From Candidatus Latescibacterota bacterium (GTDB lineage: Bacteria; Latescibacterota; UBA2968; UBA8231): DNA of 64,000 nucleotides. Shown here piece after piece: positions 37,781 through 48,459 of this stretch. Where the stretch lies: positions 256,001 through 320,000 of the forward strand of contig OZ220090.1 of NCBI GenBank assembly GCA_964291625.2, written 5' to 3'. A program made the translations under genes and the position numbers. Under the pieces are notes generated by a model that ran no database searches, was not told the origin of the DNA, and saw only the letters and a list, made by a program, of their open reading frames with translations. How positions within the stretch are numbered: position 1 is the stretch's first letter; every line of letters begins with the position of its first letter.

Positions 37781-38803
37781 ATGGCATCGGAAGTGACGAG
37801 CGCGGACTCGGCGTCAGGACCAGGCCGCGTGCAGCTCGACCTGCGGGCCCGCACCACCGGCAGCTTCGCCGGCTGCCTCGAGCCGGCCCTGCACGCCGCC
37901 GGCGTCGACTGGTCGCTGGAGCACCTGCGCGGCTACCTCGGCCCCGCCTTCGCCTTCAGCATGGAACCCGGCGGCGGCCACCTGCACCAGGCCGAGAACT
38001 ACGAGTGGCACCACTTCTACGGCATGCTCGACTTCCTCGAGCACGAGAGCATCAGCGTCGCCCTCAAGGGGGTCATTGCGGTCCCGCCGGAGGAGCACGA
38101 CGCCGCCAAGGCCCGGGGCTGGGAGATGGCCCGGCGCGCCCTCGACGACGGGTACCCCGCCATCGTCTGGCAGGCCATGACCGTGGAGACGAAACAGTCC
38201 GGCCGGCGTCCCATCCCCTTCCTGTGGAGCCTGATCACCGGCTACGACGAGGAGGCCGGGACCTACAGCGTCCACCACGGCGGGGCCGGGCACTTCACCA
38301 TCGGCTGGGACGCCTTCGGCCACTCCGACCCGGTGAACTGGTTCTGCGTCATGGTCTTCCGGCCGCTGACGGAACCCTTCGACGGCGCCGCCGCCGGCCG
38401 CCAGGCCCTCGAGCGCGCCCTCGAGGCCTCCCGGGGGGAGCGTCCCGGCGTCCGGGCGCCGGCCCACGGTCTGGCCGCCTGGGAGATGTGGCTCCAGGCC
38501 TTCCGCGACGGCACCGTCGATGTCGACGCCGTCGAGGGCCACGCCGCCTTCCTGGTCAACGCCCGCAGGGCCGCGGCCGTCTACCTGCGGGAGATCGAGC
38601 CCCACTTCCCGGAGGCGGCCCGCCCGGCGCTGCTCTCGGCGGCCGACAGCTACGACCAGGTGGCGGCCCGGATCTCGGATCTGCGCGTCCTGTGCGCGGC
38701 GGGTGATCCGGACCTGCAGCGGGCGGCCGAAGTCCTCGCCGCCGCCCTCGAAGCGGAGCGCGCCGCCCTGGCGTCGCTGCAGGAGGCCCTGGAGGCCGGG
38801 TAG
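37781..38803 (+). CDS. Hypothetical protein, possible BtrH-N/papain-like fold; start may be ~37667 with a signal peptide
   Basis: GGAGG RBS before 37781; high-GC codon pattern; SFAGCL...GPAFAF, GYPAIVW, LITGYDE. Confidence 0.65.
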   Translation: MASEVTSADSASGPGRVQLDLRARTTGSFAGCLEPALHAAGVDWSLEHLRGYLGPAFAFSMEPGGGHLHQAENYEWHHFYGMLDFLEHESISVALKGVIAVPPEEHDAAKARGWEMARRALDDGYPAIVWQAMTVETKQSGRRPIPFLWSLITGYDEEAGTYSVHHGGAGHFTIGWDAFGHSDPVNWFCVMVFRPLTEPFDGAAAGRQALERALEASRGERPGVRAPAHGLAAWEMWLQAFRDGTVDVDAVEGHAAFLVNARRAAAVYLREIEPHFPEAARPALLSAADSYDQVAARISDLRVLCAAGDPDLQRAAEVLAAALEAERAALASLQEALEAG

Positions 38804-38808
38804 CGGCG

Positions 38809-40345
38809 ATGAAGCTGCAGGAGTCCATGGAGCTGGGCGGCCGCCACCTGCTGGGGTGGCTCGACCCGGAGCGGGACCACCTGCCGGCCGGCAGCTGGGC
38901 GATCACCCACGACCTCGGCCGGTGGTGGGACGCCATGCTGCGCCTGGAGGCGGCCACCGGGTTCGTCATCCCCGGCCACCTGGAGGGCGCCAGCCTGCGC
39001 AACCTGCACTGGCTCACCGACAACCCGGACGGCCTGCTGTGGGTGCCCCGGGGGCTCGACTGGCAGAAGATGAAGTTCGAGTTCCACAGCTTCCGCGAGG
39101 GCATCCTGGCCTTCGCCGCCCTGGCCCACTTCCGCGGCAGCGCCTGGGCGAGGCAGGCCGGCCGCCGCTACCTCGAGTCGATCGACCGGGGCCTCCGGCC
39201 CGACGGCTCGTGGGACGTGAACGCCTTCGCCTACATCGACGAGTACCGGCGCGGCGACAACCTGGAACCGGGCCACACCCCGGAGAACGAGACCCGCTTT
39301 CAGCTGACCGTCTCCCACGGCCGCTGCATCGAGGCGCTGATCTGGTATCACCGGTGGACGGGGGACCCCCTGGCCATGGACCTGGCCCACCGCCTGGCGG
39401 CGTTCCACCTGTCGTACTCCACCAACGACGAGGGCACCGTCCCGGACCATCTCGCGGCGGCGGACAGCGCCCAGGGCGACCGGCAGTCCTACCTCTACAC
39501 CCTGTGCGGCCTGCTGCTCTACGGCGTCACCACCGGTCAGGCGGAGTACGTCGACGCCGTGGTCCGCACCTATGCCACCGGCGTGCCGCGGATCGTCAAC
39601 GAGTGCGGCTGGGTGGCCCACGACCTCGGGCGCCTGGTCTTCCCGGACCAGACCGGCAATCCCCTGGCCAACACCGAGTCGACGGGGGCCGCGGCGCGGC
39701 TGGCCCTTTGGATGGCCATCCACCACGACGCCCGCTGCTACGACGACGTGGAGCGCCTGGTGCGGGCCCGCCTCTTTCCCGGACAGACCACCCAGGCGGA
39801 CCAGCGGGACCTGCCCGAGGAGGCCCGGGATGCAAAGGCGATCGGCGGGTGGGGGGGCAACGACTACCCCCACGCCGGCAAGGGCTACAACCCCAGCGGC
39901 ACCTCCGAGGTCGTGCACACCCTGAGCGCCATCTACCGGAACGTGGCGACCCGCGGTCAGAACGGGCTCTCCGTCAACCTGCACTTCGACTACGAGGACA
40001 AGGGCCTGCGGGTGGCCGTGGAGCGAGGCGTCACCTCCCGGCTCACGGTCGTGCCCAGGGGCCGCGACGACGTGCGGCTGCGCCTGCCGGGCTGGGCGCC
40101 CCCCGCGAGTGTGCGCATCACCGTCGACGGCGAGGCCGTTCCCGTGCGCCGGGTCGGCGCCTACGCCTGCCTGACGCGGGAGCAGTCCGGGCCGGCAGCG
40201 AGATCGTCCTGAGCCACGACTTGCCGGTGCGGCGGACCCGGGAGACGATGCCGGCGGGGGAGACCTACGAGTTCGCCTGGAAGGGCGACGAGATCACGGG
40301 CGTCCATCCGAACGAGCAGCCCCTGCCGTTCTATCCCACCCTGGA
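38809..40345 (+). CDS. GH127/beta-L-arabinofuranosidase-like protein, frameshifted near 40184
   Basis: HDLGRWWDAM helical domain and a C-terminal beta region (LSVNLHFD, VRLRLPGW). The natural tail EIVLSHDLPVRRTRE...WKGDEITG...LPFYP continues in a shifted frame. Confidence 0.65.
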
Positions 40346-41405
40346 CGATCCCCAGGGGACCGGGGACGGGTTCCGCGGGCAAAGCGGGACACCCGGGATC
40401 GAAGCCTGGTTCGAGGCGGTCCGTTCCAGGGACCTCGACCGGGTGCGGGCGGTCCTCGACGCGGACCCCTCCCTCGTGGACCGGCGCATCGCCGACGGCT
40501 TCGCCGAGCCCTGGACGGAGGCCGCTCCCGGGGACCGCAAGAGCAACACGGCCCTCCATTGGGCCGCGGTCCGCGGCTGGGGCAAGTCGTCCCTCGCCGG
40601 CCTCGCGCAGACCCTCATCGACTACGGGGCCGACGTCGACGCCATGGGCTACAACGGCAACAAGGGCGTGGCCCCGGCCGTGGTCCTGGCCGCCTGGGAG
40701 GGCGACCTCGAGGTCCTGCGGGTGCTGCTGGAGAACGGCGCCGACCCCAACCGCCCGGCCTCGGCTGAATCGGCCCTCTACGCCGCCATCGAGCACACGG
40801 ACCCGGACGCGCCCGAGCCCAACAAGGTGAGCCTGCTGCTGGAGCACGGCGCCGAGCACGATGTCTTCACCGCGGCCATGACCGGCCGCTCCGACCTGGT
40901 GGAGTCGCTGCTGGACGAGTACGACCCGCTCCTCGAGCGCCGCAGCCTCAAGCGCCACCGCACGCCCCTGGAGGAGGCGGTCCACTTCGGGCGCTGGGAG
41001 ACGGCGGAGCGGCTCGTCGAGAGGGGGGCCGCCGTCTCCGTGCACGCGGCCTCGGCCCTGGGCCGCACAGACCTGCTGGCGCGGATCCTCGACGCCGACG
41101 CGGAGCAGCTGGAGGCGCGGGACGACAGCCAGGAGACGCCCCTGCTCATGGCCGCCCGCCACGGCCGCGCCGAGGCCGTCGAGCTGCTGCTGCGCAGGGG
41201 AGCCGATCCCGACACGGAGAACCGCTGGCAGATCGGCGCCCTGCGCGAGGCGGTCGGAGGAGGATACGCGCGGACGGCGGAGCTGCTGCTGGCGGCCGGC
41301 GCCGATCCGGCGAAGGTCGACCGCGCCGGAAGGACCGCCGGCGAGCGGGCCGATCCCGGGGACCGGGCGCTGATCGAGGTGCTCGACCGGTACGACGCGC
41401 GATGA
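40346..41405 (+). CDS. Ankyrin repeat region, in frame with the GH127-like C-terminal tail (boundary approximate)
   Basis: NTALHWAA, GADVDA, GADPN, RTPLEEA, ETPLLMAA repeats; no independent start is evident. Confidence 0.8.
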
Positions 41406-42502
41406 CACCGGGACAGACCAAGGGGTTCTGGCAGCGGGCCTTCCTCCCCGAGGAGCAGCGGCCGCTCACGCCCGCCGAGTCGGCGCTGGTCATCGCCGCC
41501 ACCTACGGGAAGGCCTGGTCGCCGGAGAAGAGCCTCCACAGCTACACCCTGAGGGCCCATCACCTGTCTCCCGACGTCGGCCGGATGACGGAGCTCATCG
41601 AAGCGGATCCCGGCCTCCTCGAGTCGATCGGCCCGGCCCTCGCCTGCCTGACCACGACCCTCCCCGGATGCGCGGCGAGCCTGAAGCTCCTGCTGGAGCG
41701 CGGCGTGCCCCTGCGCATCGACCCGGGGGAGTACAACGTCCTCCACGAGGCCAGGGCCGAGACGGCGCGGGTCGTCTTTGAGGCGGGCGCCACGGACGCA
41801 ACCGGCGTGGCGCCCACGGTCCACACGGGCTGGCCGAACAACGTCACCCTGCTCTACTGGCCTGCCGTCTTCGGCGGCAGCGACGACGCGGTGGAGCACG
41901 TCGAGGTCCTCCTCGACTACGGCGCCGATCCCGAGGTCGGGATCCAGGGCAACGGCGAGCGCGGCAACACGGTCCTTCAGGAGGCCGTCTCCCCCTACGG
42001 TCCCGGGCAGGAGGGGAAACGGCGCGTCGCCCGCAAGCTGATCGAGCGCGGCGCCTTCTACGACGTGCTCTCCGCCTGCGGCCTGGACGACCTGCAGCGC
42101 GTGCGCGAGTGCGCGCGCGAGGCCGACGTCATCACCTTCCGTGGCGAGGCCGACATGACGCCCCTCCACTGGGCGGCTCGATCGAATGCCCTGGCCTGCA
42201 CCAAGTGGCTGCTGGACCGGGGCGCCGGGATCGAGGCGCTCACCAGGGCGCACAACACGCCCCTGCACTTGGCGGCGGAGCGGGGCGCGGCCGAGGCCGT
42301 GTGGCTGCTCGTCGGCCACGGCGCCGACATGAGCGCCCAGGACAGGAAGGGCCGCACACCCCTGCACCGGGCGACCTACAACGGCCACGTCGACGCCGCC
42401 GAGGCGCTGATCGTCTGCGGTGCCGACACGAGGATCGAGACGAGGACGGGCAAGACGCCCCTGCAGCTGGCCCAGATGGACTGCCGGTTCCTGCGGGGCT
42501 GA
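41402..42502 (+). CDS. Ankyrin repeat protein
   Basis: MTPLHWAA, NTPLHLAA, RTPLHRA, KTPLQLA; ATGA overlap with the previous stop. Confidence 0.9.
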   Translation: MTPGQTKGFWQRAFLPEEQRPLTPAESALVIAATYGKAWSPEKSLHSYTLRAHHLSPDVGRMTELIEADPGLLESIGPALACLTTTLPGCAASLKLLLERGVPLRIDPGEYNVLHEARAETARVVFEAGATDATGVAPTVHTGWPNNVTLLYWPAVFGGSDDAVEHVEVLLDYGADPEVGIQGNGERGNTVLQEAVSPYGPGQEGKRRVARKLIERGAFYDVLSACGLDDLQRVRECAREADVITFRGEADMTPLHWAARSNALACTKWLLDRGAGIEALTRAHNTPLHLAAERGAAEAVWLLVGHGADMSAQDRKGRTPLHRATYNGHVDAAEALIVCGADTRIETRTGKTPLQLAQMDCRFLRG

Positions 42503-42521
42503 TGGTTAGGGGAACCATCCT

Positions 42522-45065
42522 GTGAGCGGACCCTTGATACCCAGGGCGGTCCTCCTGCCGGCGCTCCTGGCCGCTGCAGGGATCTGGCCGGCTCTACCGG
42601 CCCATTCCGTTGGGGTGCTGCTCAAGGGAACTGACGGACCTCCCGTGGAACTGAGCGAGATCGAGGCCCTGTTCATCGTCGGGGAGGACGGCACGACGGT
42701 TCACCTGAGGGGGTACTTCGACGGTCCCTTGCGGGAGTTCGTCTGGCTCGTGCCGGTTCCCGCCGGCTCGAAGATCCAGCTCAGCCACAACGACATTTTC
42801 CGGTGGGTGAACGAGAGGACACAGCCCCGCTTCCAACTGTTTGCGGAAGGGGATGCTACTCCGGAATACCTCGAGGAGAAGACCGGATTCCTCCCGGACC
42901 TCCCTGTGCTCACCTATGTGAACGAGCACAGCGAGAGGTGTGACGTCCTGGCAGACGAGGTGGTCAATCCGATCGTCGACTTCTTCCCCTGTCCCATCCG
43001 GCTGTGTGAGACCGTACTGCTGGAGTACGTAGGGGAAAGGGAGACGCAGGCTCTCACCATCATCGATGCACGGTCCCACGCCGAGGTCTCCGACTGGGCC
43101 TTGGCGCGGGGCTACCGGGCGGCAGCGATGGACGGGGAGGTCGTGCAATCCTATCTGGATGGGGGCCAGGCCATCCTGGCCGTGGAAACCGCCCCGCCGG
43201 AGTACCTGTATCACCTCAAGCGCGTGAACCGGATACAGCCGCTGGCCTTCACCTACGGGGTGGACGGGATCACCGTACCGCTGAAGTCGGCGACCAGTGA
43301 AGGAACCGACAGGCAGGGACTGACCGTCTGGATCGCCGCGGAGAGCCGGGCGATTCCCGAGAACTACCTGAACGTCCACCTCAACCCGGCGCGGCTGACC
43401 TGGCCGCACGCCTATGGCCTGTTCTCCGGAAAGCCCGGCAACTACCATCAGGTCCTTTCGAACGCCATTGCGGAGACGGAACATCCGGCTCTGGTCACCG
43501 AGTACGCGGTGGAAGGAACAGGACCGGGGGACTGGGAGGAACCGCATGCGGACCTCGATGCCCTGCGCGACCCGGAAAGCCTCGACGCCTTCCTGACCGA
43601 CCTCTGGCATGGTGGAATCACCCCCAAGAGCCCTTGGGGCGAAGTTTCCACCGAGTTCGAGCTGAGGTTCCTTCAACTGCTCAGGAAGCACATACCCATA
43701 CCCGAGTCCGTGCTCGAAGCCATCAGGCAGGGTTACAACGGGAGGGAGGAGAGGTTCCGCGAGTACGCGGAGTCGCAGTTCTACAGCTTTCCCAATGAGT
43801 ACGAAGATCACTACGAAGACGAGTGGTTCAACTTCTCCGGCTTCGTCGACGACTGGATGGCCCGGATCCAGGAGCCGAAGGCCAGGGCCCATGAAGCTCT
43901 GGCCGGCCGCCCCTACCTGACTCGGCTGACCACCTTCTACTTCGGCGACGCCGAGACGGTCGATCCCGTGTTGGGATTCAATGCCGACCTTGGTCAGGTC
44001 AATGACCGTCCCGGCTACGGCAAGGTCGGTTTCGAGTGCAGGGAAGGGGGGGAGTACGGGTTCTGGGACGTCTCGAATCTCATGGCCGTCGTCGGCCTGG
44101 AAGGGGGCACCATACTCCGCTTTGGCTTCGATTGGGGCAACCCCTTCCTGTGGAGGATCCTGCGCGGAGCCTCCGAGATCCCCCCGGCCGCTTCGGAGAG
44201 CATCGAGCAGTTGAGTACGTCAGGCAGTCCGGTGGTCGTCCCCAGGCAGATGACCACCACGGTGGTGGCGGGCACCATCCCGGACAGCGGGTTCCGCACG
44301 GTGGAATTCTCCCGCATGGTCCCCGGCCGCCACCCCCGGTACCAGTGGAGCACCACCGCCAGCCGGTCAGGGGAGTTCGAAGCGATCATCTCGAGTGGAG
44401 CCCCGGCCGGCGTCCAGGGATCCTACCAGGTTCGGGTGCGCAACCGGGATGGCGAGATCCTGGATGTGTGGTACGACATTCCCCTCGAGCGCAACCGGCG
44501 TCAGATCCTGGAGCTGATCCCGGGGGAGAGGGCACGCGTGACAGCCGTGGAGCAGCTGAAGGGAGCCGTGGAAACGGGGCCCGCGGAAGCGGACTTCGAC
44601 GGCGACGGCACGGTCGGCTTCGAGGACTTCTTTCTCTTTGCCGAGGCCTTCGGCGGCAGCGACTCCCGCTTCGACCTCGATGGCAGCGGCACCGTCGACA
44701 TCGACGACTTCTTCCTCTTCGCCGACCACTTCGGCCAGCCGGCGCGGGGCAAGCTGCTGGCGCTGGCCCGGCGGATGATCGGCCTGCCCGAGATTCCCCA
44801 ACTGCGGAACGCGCCCAACCCCTTCAACACCAGCACGGCCATCTCCTGGTTCCAGCTCTCTCCCGGACCGGTGCGGCTGGAGATCTACAATGCCCTGGGG
44901 CAGCGGGTGCGCACCCTGGTGGACGAGGTCCAGGCCGCGGGAAGGCACCGGGTCTCCTGGAACGTCCGCGACGAGGCTGGTGCCTCGGTGGCGTCCGGGG
45001 TCTACCTGTCGCGGCTGCATTACCCCGGCGGGGTGCAGACCCAACGGCTGCTCTACCTCAAGTAA
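42522..45065 (+). CDS. Secreted DUF2330-domain protein with dockerin/EF-hand and FlgD-Ig-like tail
   Basis: Signal peptide; FVWLVPVP, IQPLAFTY, VTEYA, PYLTRLTT, DPV (DUF2330-like); DFDGDGTVGFEDF and NAPNPFN...ASGVY tail. Confidence 0.82.
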   Translation: MSGPLIPRAVLLPALLAAAGIWPALPAHSVGVLLKGTDGPPVELSEIEALFIVGEDGTTVHLRGYFDGPLREFVWLVPVPAGSKIQLSHNDIFRWVNERTQPRFQLFAEGDATPEYLEEKTGFLPDLPVLTYVNEHSERCDVLADEVVNPIVDFFPCPIRLCETVLLEYVGERETQALTIIDARSHAEVSDWALARGYRAAAMDGEVVQSYLDGGQAILAVETAPPEYLYHLKRVNRIQPLAFTYGVDGITVPLKSATSEGTDRQGLTVWIAAESRAIPENYLNVHLNPARLTWPHAYGLFSGKPGNYHQVLSNAIAETEHPALVTEYAVEGTGPGDWEEPHADLDALRDPESLDAFLTDLWHGGITPKSPWGEVSTEFELRFLQLLRKHIPIPESVLEAIRQGYNGREERFREYAESQFYSFPNEYEDHYEDEWFNFSGFVDDWMARIQEPKARAHEALAGRPYLTRLTTFYFGDAETVDPVLGFNADLGQVNDRPGYGKVGFECREGGEYGFWDVSNLMAVVGLEGGTILRFGFDWGNPFLWRILRGASEIPPAASESIEQLSTSGSPVVVPRQMTTTVVAGTIPDSGFRTVEFSRMVPGRHPRYQWSTTASRSGEFEAIISSGAPAGVQGSYQVRVRNRDGEILDVWYDIPLERNRRQILELIPGERARVTAVEQLKGAVETGPAEADFDGDGTVGFEDFFLFAEAFGGSDSRFDLDGSGTVDIDDFFLFADHFGQPARGKLLALARRMIGLPEIPQLRNAPNPFNTSTAISWFQLSPGPVRLEIYNALGQRVRTLVDEVQAAGRHRVSWNVRDEAGASVASGVYLSRLHYPGGVQTQRLLYLK

Positions 45066-45105
45066 GTCGTCCGGCTGCTCGAACCAGGAATCCCGCGCAG
45101 GGGGA

Positions 45106-46632
45106 TCACATCCGCGCCGGCGCCAGGGTCCATGCCTGCAGCGACCTCACCCTCGCCTCGCCCCCGCGCGCGAACAGGCCGATGCCGGTGCTGTCGGTCC
45201 GCGTCGGATAGATGCGCTGGGTCACGCACTGCCGGCGGTTGGCGAAGACCTCGAGGATCGAGCGGTCGAGAAAGATGCGCAGGGTCAGCGGCTCCCCCCG
45301 GGCCAGCTCCAACGGCCCTTCCTGGGCGGTGACGTACTGCCCGCTCCCGGCCAGGTGCGGCTGCGGCTTGCGGTAGCGGGTGTAGCGGATCTCCCGGTCG
45401 AGGGTCGACCGGCTCACGTCGACCCGAAGCACCGCCGCGGCCGAGTCCCAGGAGACCGAGGTCTCCTCCTCGCCCCCCGGCGAGCGCCGCAGCTTCAGGC
45501 CCACCTCTCTCGCCTCCCGCGGATCGAACTCGACCGCCAGCTCCAGGCAGTCACCGCCGATCCCCTCGACGTGCATCTCGGAATCGGCGGCCAGGTCGAT
45601 GGACCCCAGTCGGCGGGGATCGAGCCGCAACACCTCCAGCTCCGGGACGGGGTCGATCTGCAGGCGGCGGCCCGGTCCCAGGGACAACAGCCGCGGAGCG
45701 GTCATGACCCCGGACCAACCGGATGCGCGCTCCCGCTCGACGCCGCGCAGCTCGCGGACCCAGTCGAAGAAGATCCGCCGGCCTTCTGCGTCCAGCAGGG
45801 TTCGAGGACCGCCGAGATGACCCCCCTCCCAGCTCATGCGTCCGTGGACGTCCGGGTGGAAGCGTTCCCCCCGGAGCCGGCCGATGTAGTACTGGGTTCC
45901 CTGCAGGTGGCTGCAGAAGACCAGCATGTGCCGGTCGCCGAGGGGGAAGAAGTCGGGCACGGCGCAGTCCTCACCCCCGTCCGTCCACTCCCGCCGCGAC
46001 TCGTAGAGCTGGCCGGCGAACTCCCAGGTTCGCAGGTCCTCGGACCTGAAGAGGTACGCCGCGTCCCCCTGGCCTTCCGGGTCGCGTTTGTTGACAGCGG
46101 CGTAGTAGAGGCCCCCCTCCAGCCAGCCGCAGGGGTCGTGGATGGTGTAGCGGCCGAAGTCGGGGCTGCCTTCCTGCGGCTGGGGAATCACCGGATTGTC
46201 CGGGTCCCTGGTCCACTCGATCAGCAGATCGTCGCGGCTGCGGGCGAGACACAGGCCGCCGGGGTTGCCGTAGTAGATCAGCGTCGGCACCCCTTCCGCA
46301 TCGATCAGGGCCCCGCCGCTGAAGCAGCCGATGCGATCCGGTCCGTCCGCTTCCGGCGTCAGCGCCACCGGATGGTGGACCCAGTGCACGAGATCGGCGC
46401 TGGAGGCGTGGCCCCACTGGATCCGGTTCCAGTAGGCGCCCTCGGGATTGAGCTGGTAGAAGATGTGGTGGCGCCCCTTCCAGTAGAGGGCCCCGTTGAT
46501 GTCGTTCATCCAGGCCGCCGGCGGTGTGAAGTGCCAGGCCGGCCGGTGGGGATCGCGGGCGAAGTCGGAAGCGAGCTCGCCCGCCTCCCGGATGCGCGCT
46601 TCCATCCGCTCGATCCGATTCCGGGGAGTCAT
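45106..46632 (-). CDS. Glycoside hydrolase family 32 protein
   Basis: RPAWHFTP, WMNDING, HHIFYQ, WGHASSADLVHW, CFSG, HDP, LRIFLDRSILEVF. Confidence 0.93.
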   Translation of the reverse strand: MTPRNRIERMEARIREAGELASDFARDPHRPAWHFTPPAAWMNDINGALYWKGRHHIFYQLNPEGAYWNRIQWGHASSADLVHWVHHPVALTPEADGPDRIGCFSGGALIDAEGVPTLIYYGNPGGLCLARSRDDLLIEWTRDPDNPVIPQPQEGSPDFGRYTIHDPCGWLEGGLYYAAVNKRDPEGQGDAAYLFRSEDLRTWEFAGQLYESRREWTDGGEDCAVPDFFPLGDRHMLVFCSHLQGTQYYIGRLRGERFHPDVHGRMSWEGGHLGGPRTLLDAEGRRIFFDWVRELRGVERERASGWSGVMTAPRLLSLGPGRRLQIDPVPELEVLRLDPRRLGSIDLAADSEMHVEGIGGDCLELAVEFDPREAREVGLKLRRSPGGEEETSVSWDSAAAVLRVDVSRSTLDREIRYTRYRKPQPHLAGSGQYVTAQEGPLELARGEPLTLRIFLDRSILEVFANRRQCVTQRIYPTRTDSTGIGLFARGGEARVRSLQAWTLAPARM

Positions 46633-46702
46633 GTCACCTCTCGTGGGTTGTCCGGAGTTCCAGGCATGTCGTGGCTGTCGTCCCGGTTGAGGATAGCCCA
46701 CG

Positions 46703-46830
46703 ATGAGAGCCTTCACTATTCGGGGGAACGTTCCGCCGAAGTCCTCCGTCACTTGAGGGGAAGGGCCACCTGTCGACGAGGTAGTCACGGCACGGAGAAG
46801 GAGATACGGATCCGACGACTGAACGAGGAC
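46703..46830 (+). pseudogene. Possible degenerate FitA-like RHH antitoxin
   Basis: GAGG upstream; MRAFTIR-(G)NVP then, after a frameshift, AEVLRHLRGRA...EKEI. Confidence 0.35.
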
Positions 46831-47002
46831 CTCGCCGGGGAGCAGATCCACGGCCGGTGCCCGGCCAACAAGGTCGCAGCTCTCGGGGGGAGGCGACCCG
46901 GCGCCCGGTCGTGGTGCCCCACGCAAAGACAGACAGGGAGATGCCGGCAGCGGTGCCCGCCGCCTCGAGCGCGGTCGCCAGCATCCCGCGGGATCGGCCG
47001 TT

Positions 47003-48367
47003 GTGACGATCCGTGGCCCCCTGGACGGGGACGGCCTCGAAGGGCGGATCGCCGAGTGGCGCGCCAATGTGGGGGGAGGCATCTCCGCCTCCGAGCTGGA
47101 GGAGCACGAGCGCCGCCTGCGGGAGGAAGTATCCGCCCTCGGGCAGGCCGGCCTCGACCCGGACGAAGCGTTCCTGGTGGCGGTCCGGCGCGTCGGCCGC
47201 CCCGACCCGCAGTCGGGCCGGTTCACCCCGGCCGATGCGGGCGGCCTGTGGAAGCAGCTGGTCGCCCGCGGTTCGGCCGGGGAATCGCAGACCTCCAGAC
47301 GCGAGATCCTGGTCGTCCTGGGGTTCGCCGCGGCGTCGGCGGTTGCGGTGAAGGTCCCGGAGCTGTTCGGCTGCCGGATGTTCGGGGGCTGCGAGAGCTT
47401 CTACACCCGCAACCTCAGCCTGTTCTGCCTGCCCCTGCTGGCCGGCTACTTCGCCTGGAAACGCGGGATCGGCGCCCGCGGCTGTCTCCGGCTGGCCCTG
47501 CCCTTCCTGGCGGCGGCTCTCTTCGCCAACATCTACCCCTTCTCTCCGGGCGGCTCCACCGAGGGGCTCACGGCCCTGCACCTGCCGATCGCCCTGTGGC
47601 TGGCCGTCGGGGTCGCCCATGCCGGGGGGCGCTGGGGGTCTTCCACCCGGCGCATGGAGTTCGTGCGCTTCTCGGGGGAGCTGTTCATCCTCTACGTGCT
47701 CATCGCTCTCGGCGGCGGCGTGCTGACCGGGGTCACGGGAATGATGTTCGCCGCCATCGGTCTCGACGTGGAGAGGCTGGGGCCGCAACTGATGCCGAGC
47801 GCGGCCCTGGGGGCGGTCGTGGTCGCCGCCTGGCTGGCCGATGCCAGGCACGGGGCCGCGGCGAGCATCGCCCCCCTGCTGACCCGCATCTTCACCCCGC
47901 TCCTCGCCGTGGTCCTGCTCGCCTTCCTCGGTGCGATGGTCTGGACCGGCAGCGGCATCGTCCAGGCGCGGGAAGTACTCATCGGCTTCGACCTGCTGCT
48001 GGTGCTGGTCCTCGGCCTGTTGCTCTACGGGGTCTCGTCCCGGGAGCCCGGGGCGCCCCCCGGCCTCTTCGACCGGCTCCAGCTCCTGCTGCTGCTGGCC
48101 GCCCTCGCGGCCGACGCGGCGGCCCTGGCGGCGATCGCGGCGCGCATCTCCGAGTTCGGATTCAGCGCCAACAAGGCGGCGGCCCTCGGGGAGAACCTCG
48201 TCCTCCTCGTCAACCTGGCCTGGTCCGCGTGGCTCTACGTGCGGTTCCTGCGAGGCCGCGGCCCCTTCTCCGCCCTGGAGCGCTGGCAGACCGCCTACCT
48301 GCCGGTCTACGCGGTCTGGGCGGGAATCGTCGCCGTCCTCTTCCCGCCGCTCTTCGGCTACGCCTGA
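47003..48367 (+). CDS. Permease-prefix-domain membrane protein
   Basis: ELEEHERRL...GLDPDEAFLVAVRRVG prefix, many TM helices, GFSANKAAALGENL. Confidence 0.85.
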   Translation: MTIRGPLDGDGLEGRIAEWRANVGGGISASELEEHERRLREEVSALGQAGLDPDEAFLVAVRRVGRPDPQSGRFTPADAGGLWKQLVARGSAGESQTSRREILVVLGFAAASAVAVKVPELFGCRMFGGCESFYTRNLSLFCLPLLAGYFAWKRGIGARGCLRLALPFLAAALFANIYPFSPGGSTEGLTALHLPIALWLAVGVAHAGGRWGSSTRRMEFVRFSGELFILYVLIALGGGVLTGVTGMMFAAIGLDVERLGPQLMPSAALGAVVVAAWLADARHGAAASIAPLLTRIFTPLLAVVLLAFLGAMVWTGSGIVQAREVLIGFDLLLVLVLGLLLYGVSSREPGAPPGLFDRLQLLLLLAALAADAAALAAIAARISEFGFSANKAAALGENLVLLVNLAWSAWLYVRFLRGRGPFSALERWQTAYLPVYAVWAGIVAVLFPPLFGYA

Positions 48368-48459
48368 GACAGGACCCGCCGCGCTGAAGCGATTTGGCGG
48401 CGGCCGCCGATGGCACCATCCTCTGTGCCCACACCAACAGCAGGCAGAAAGGGCAGACC

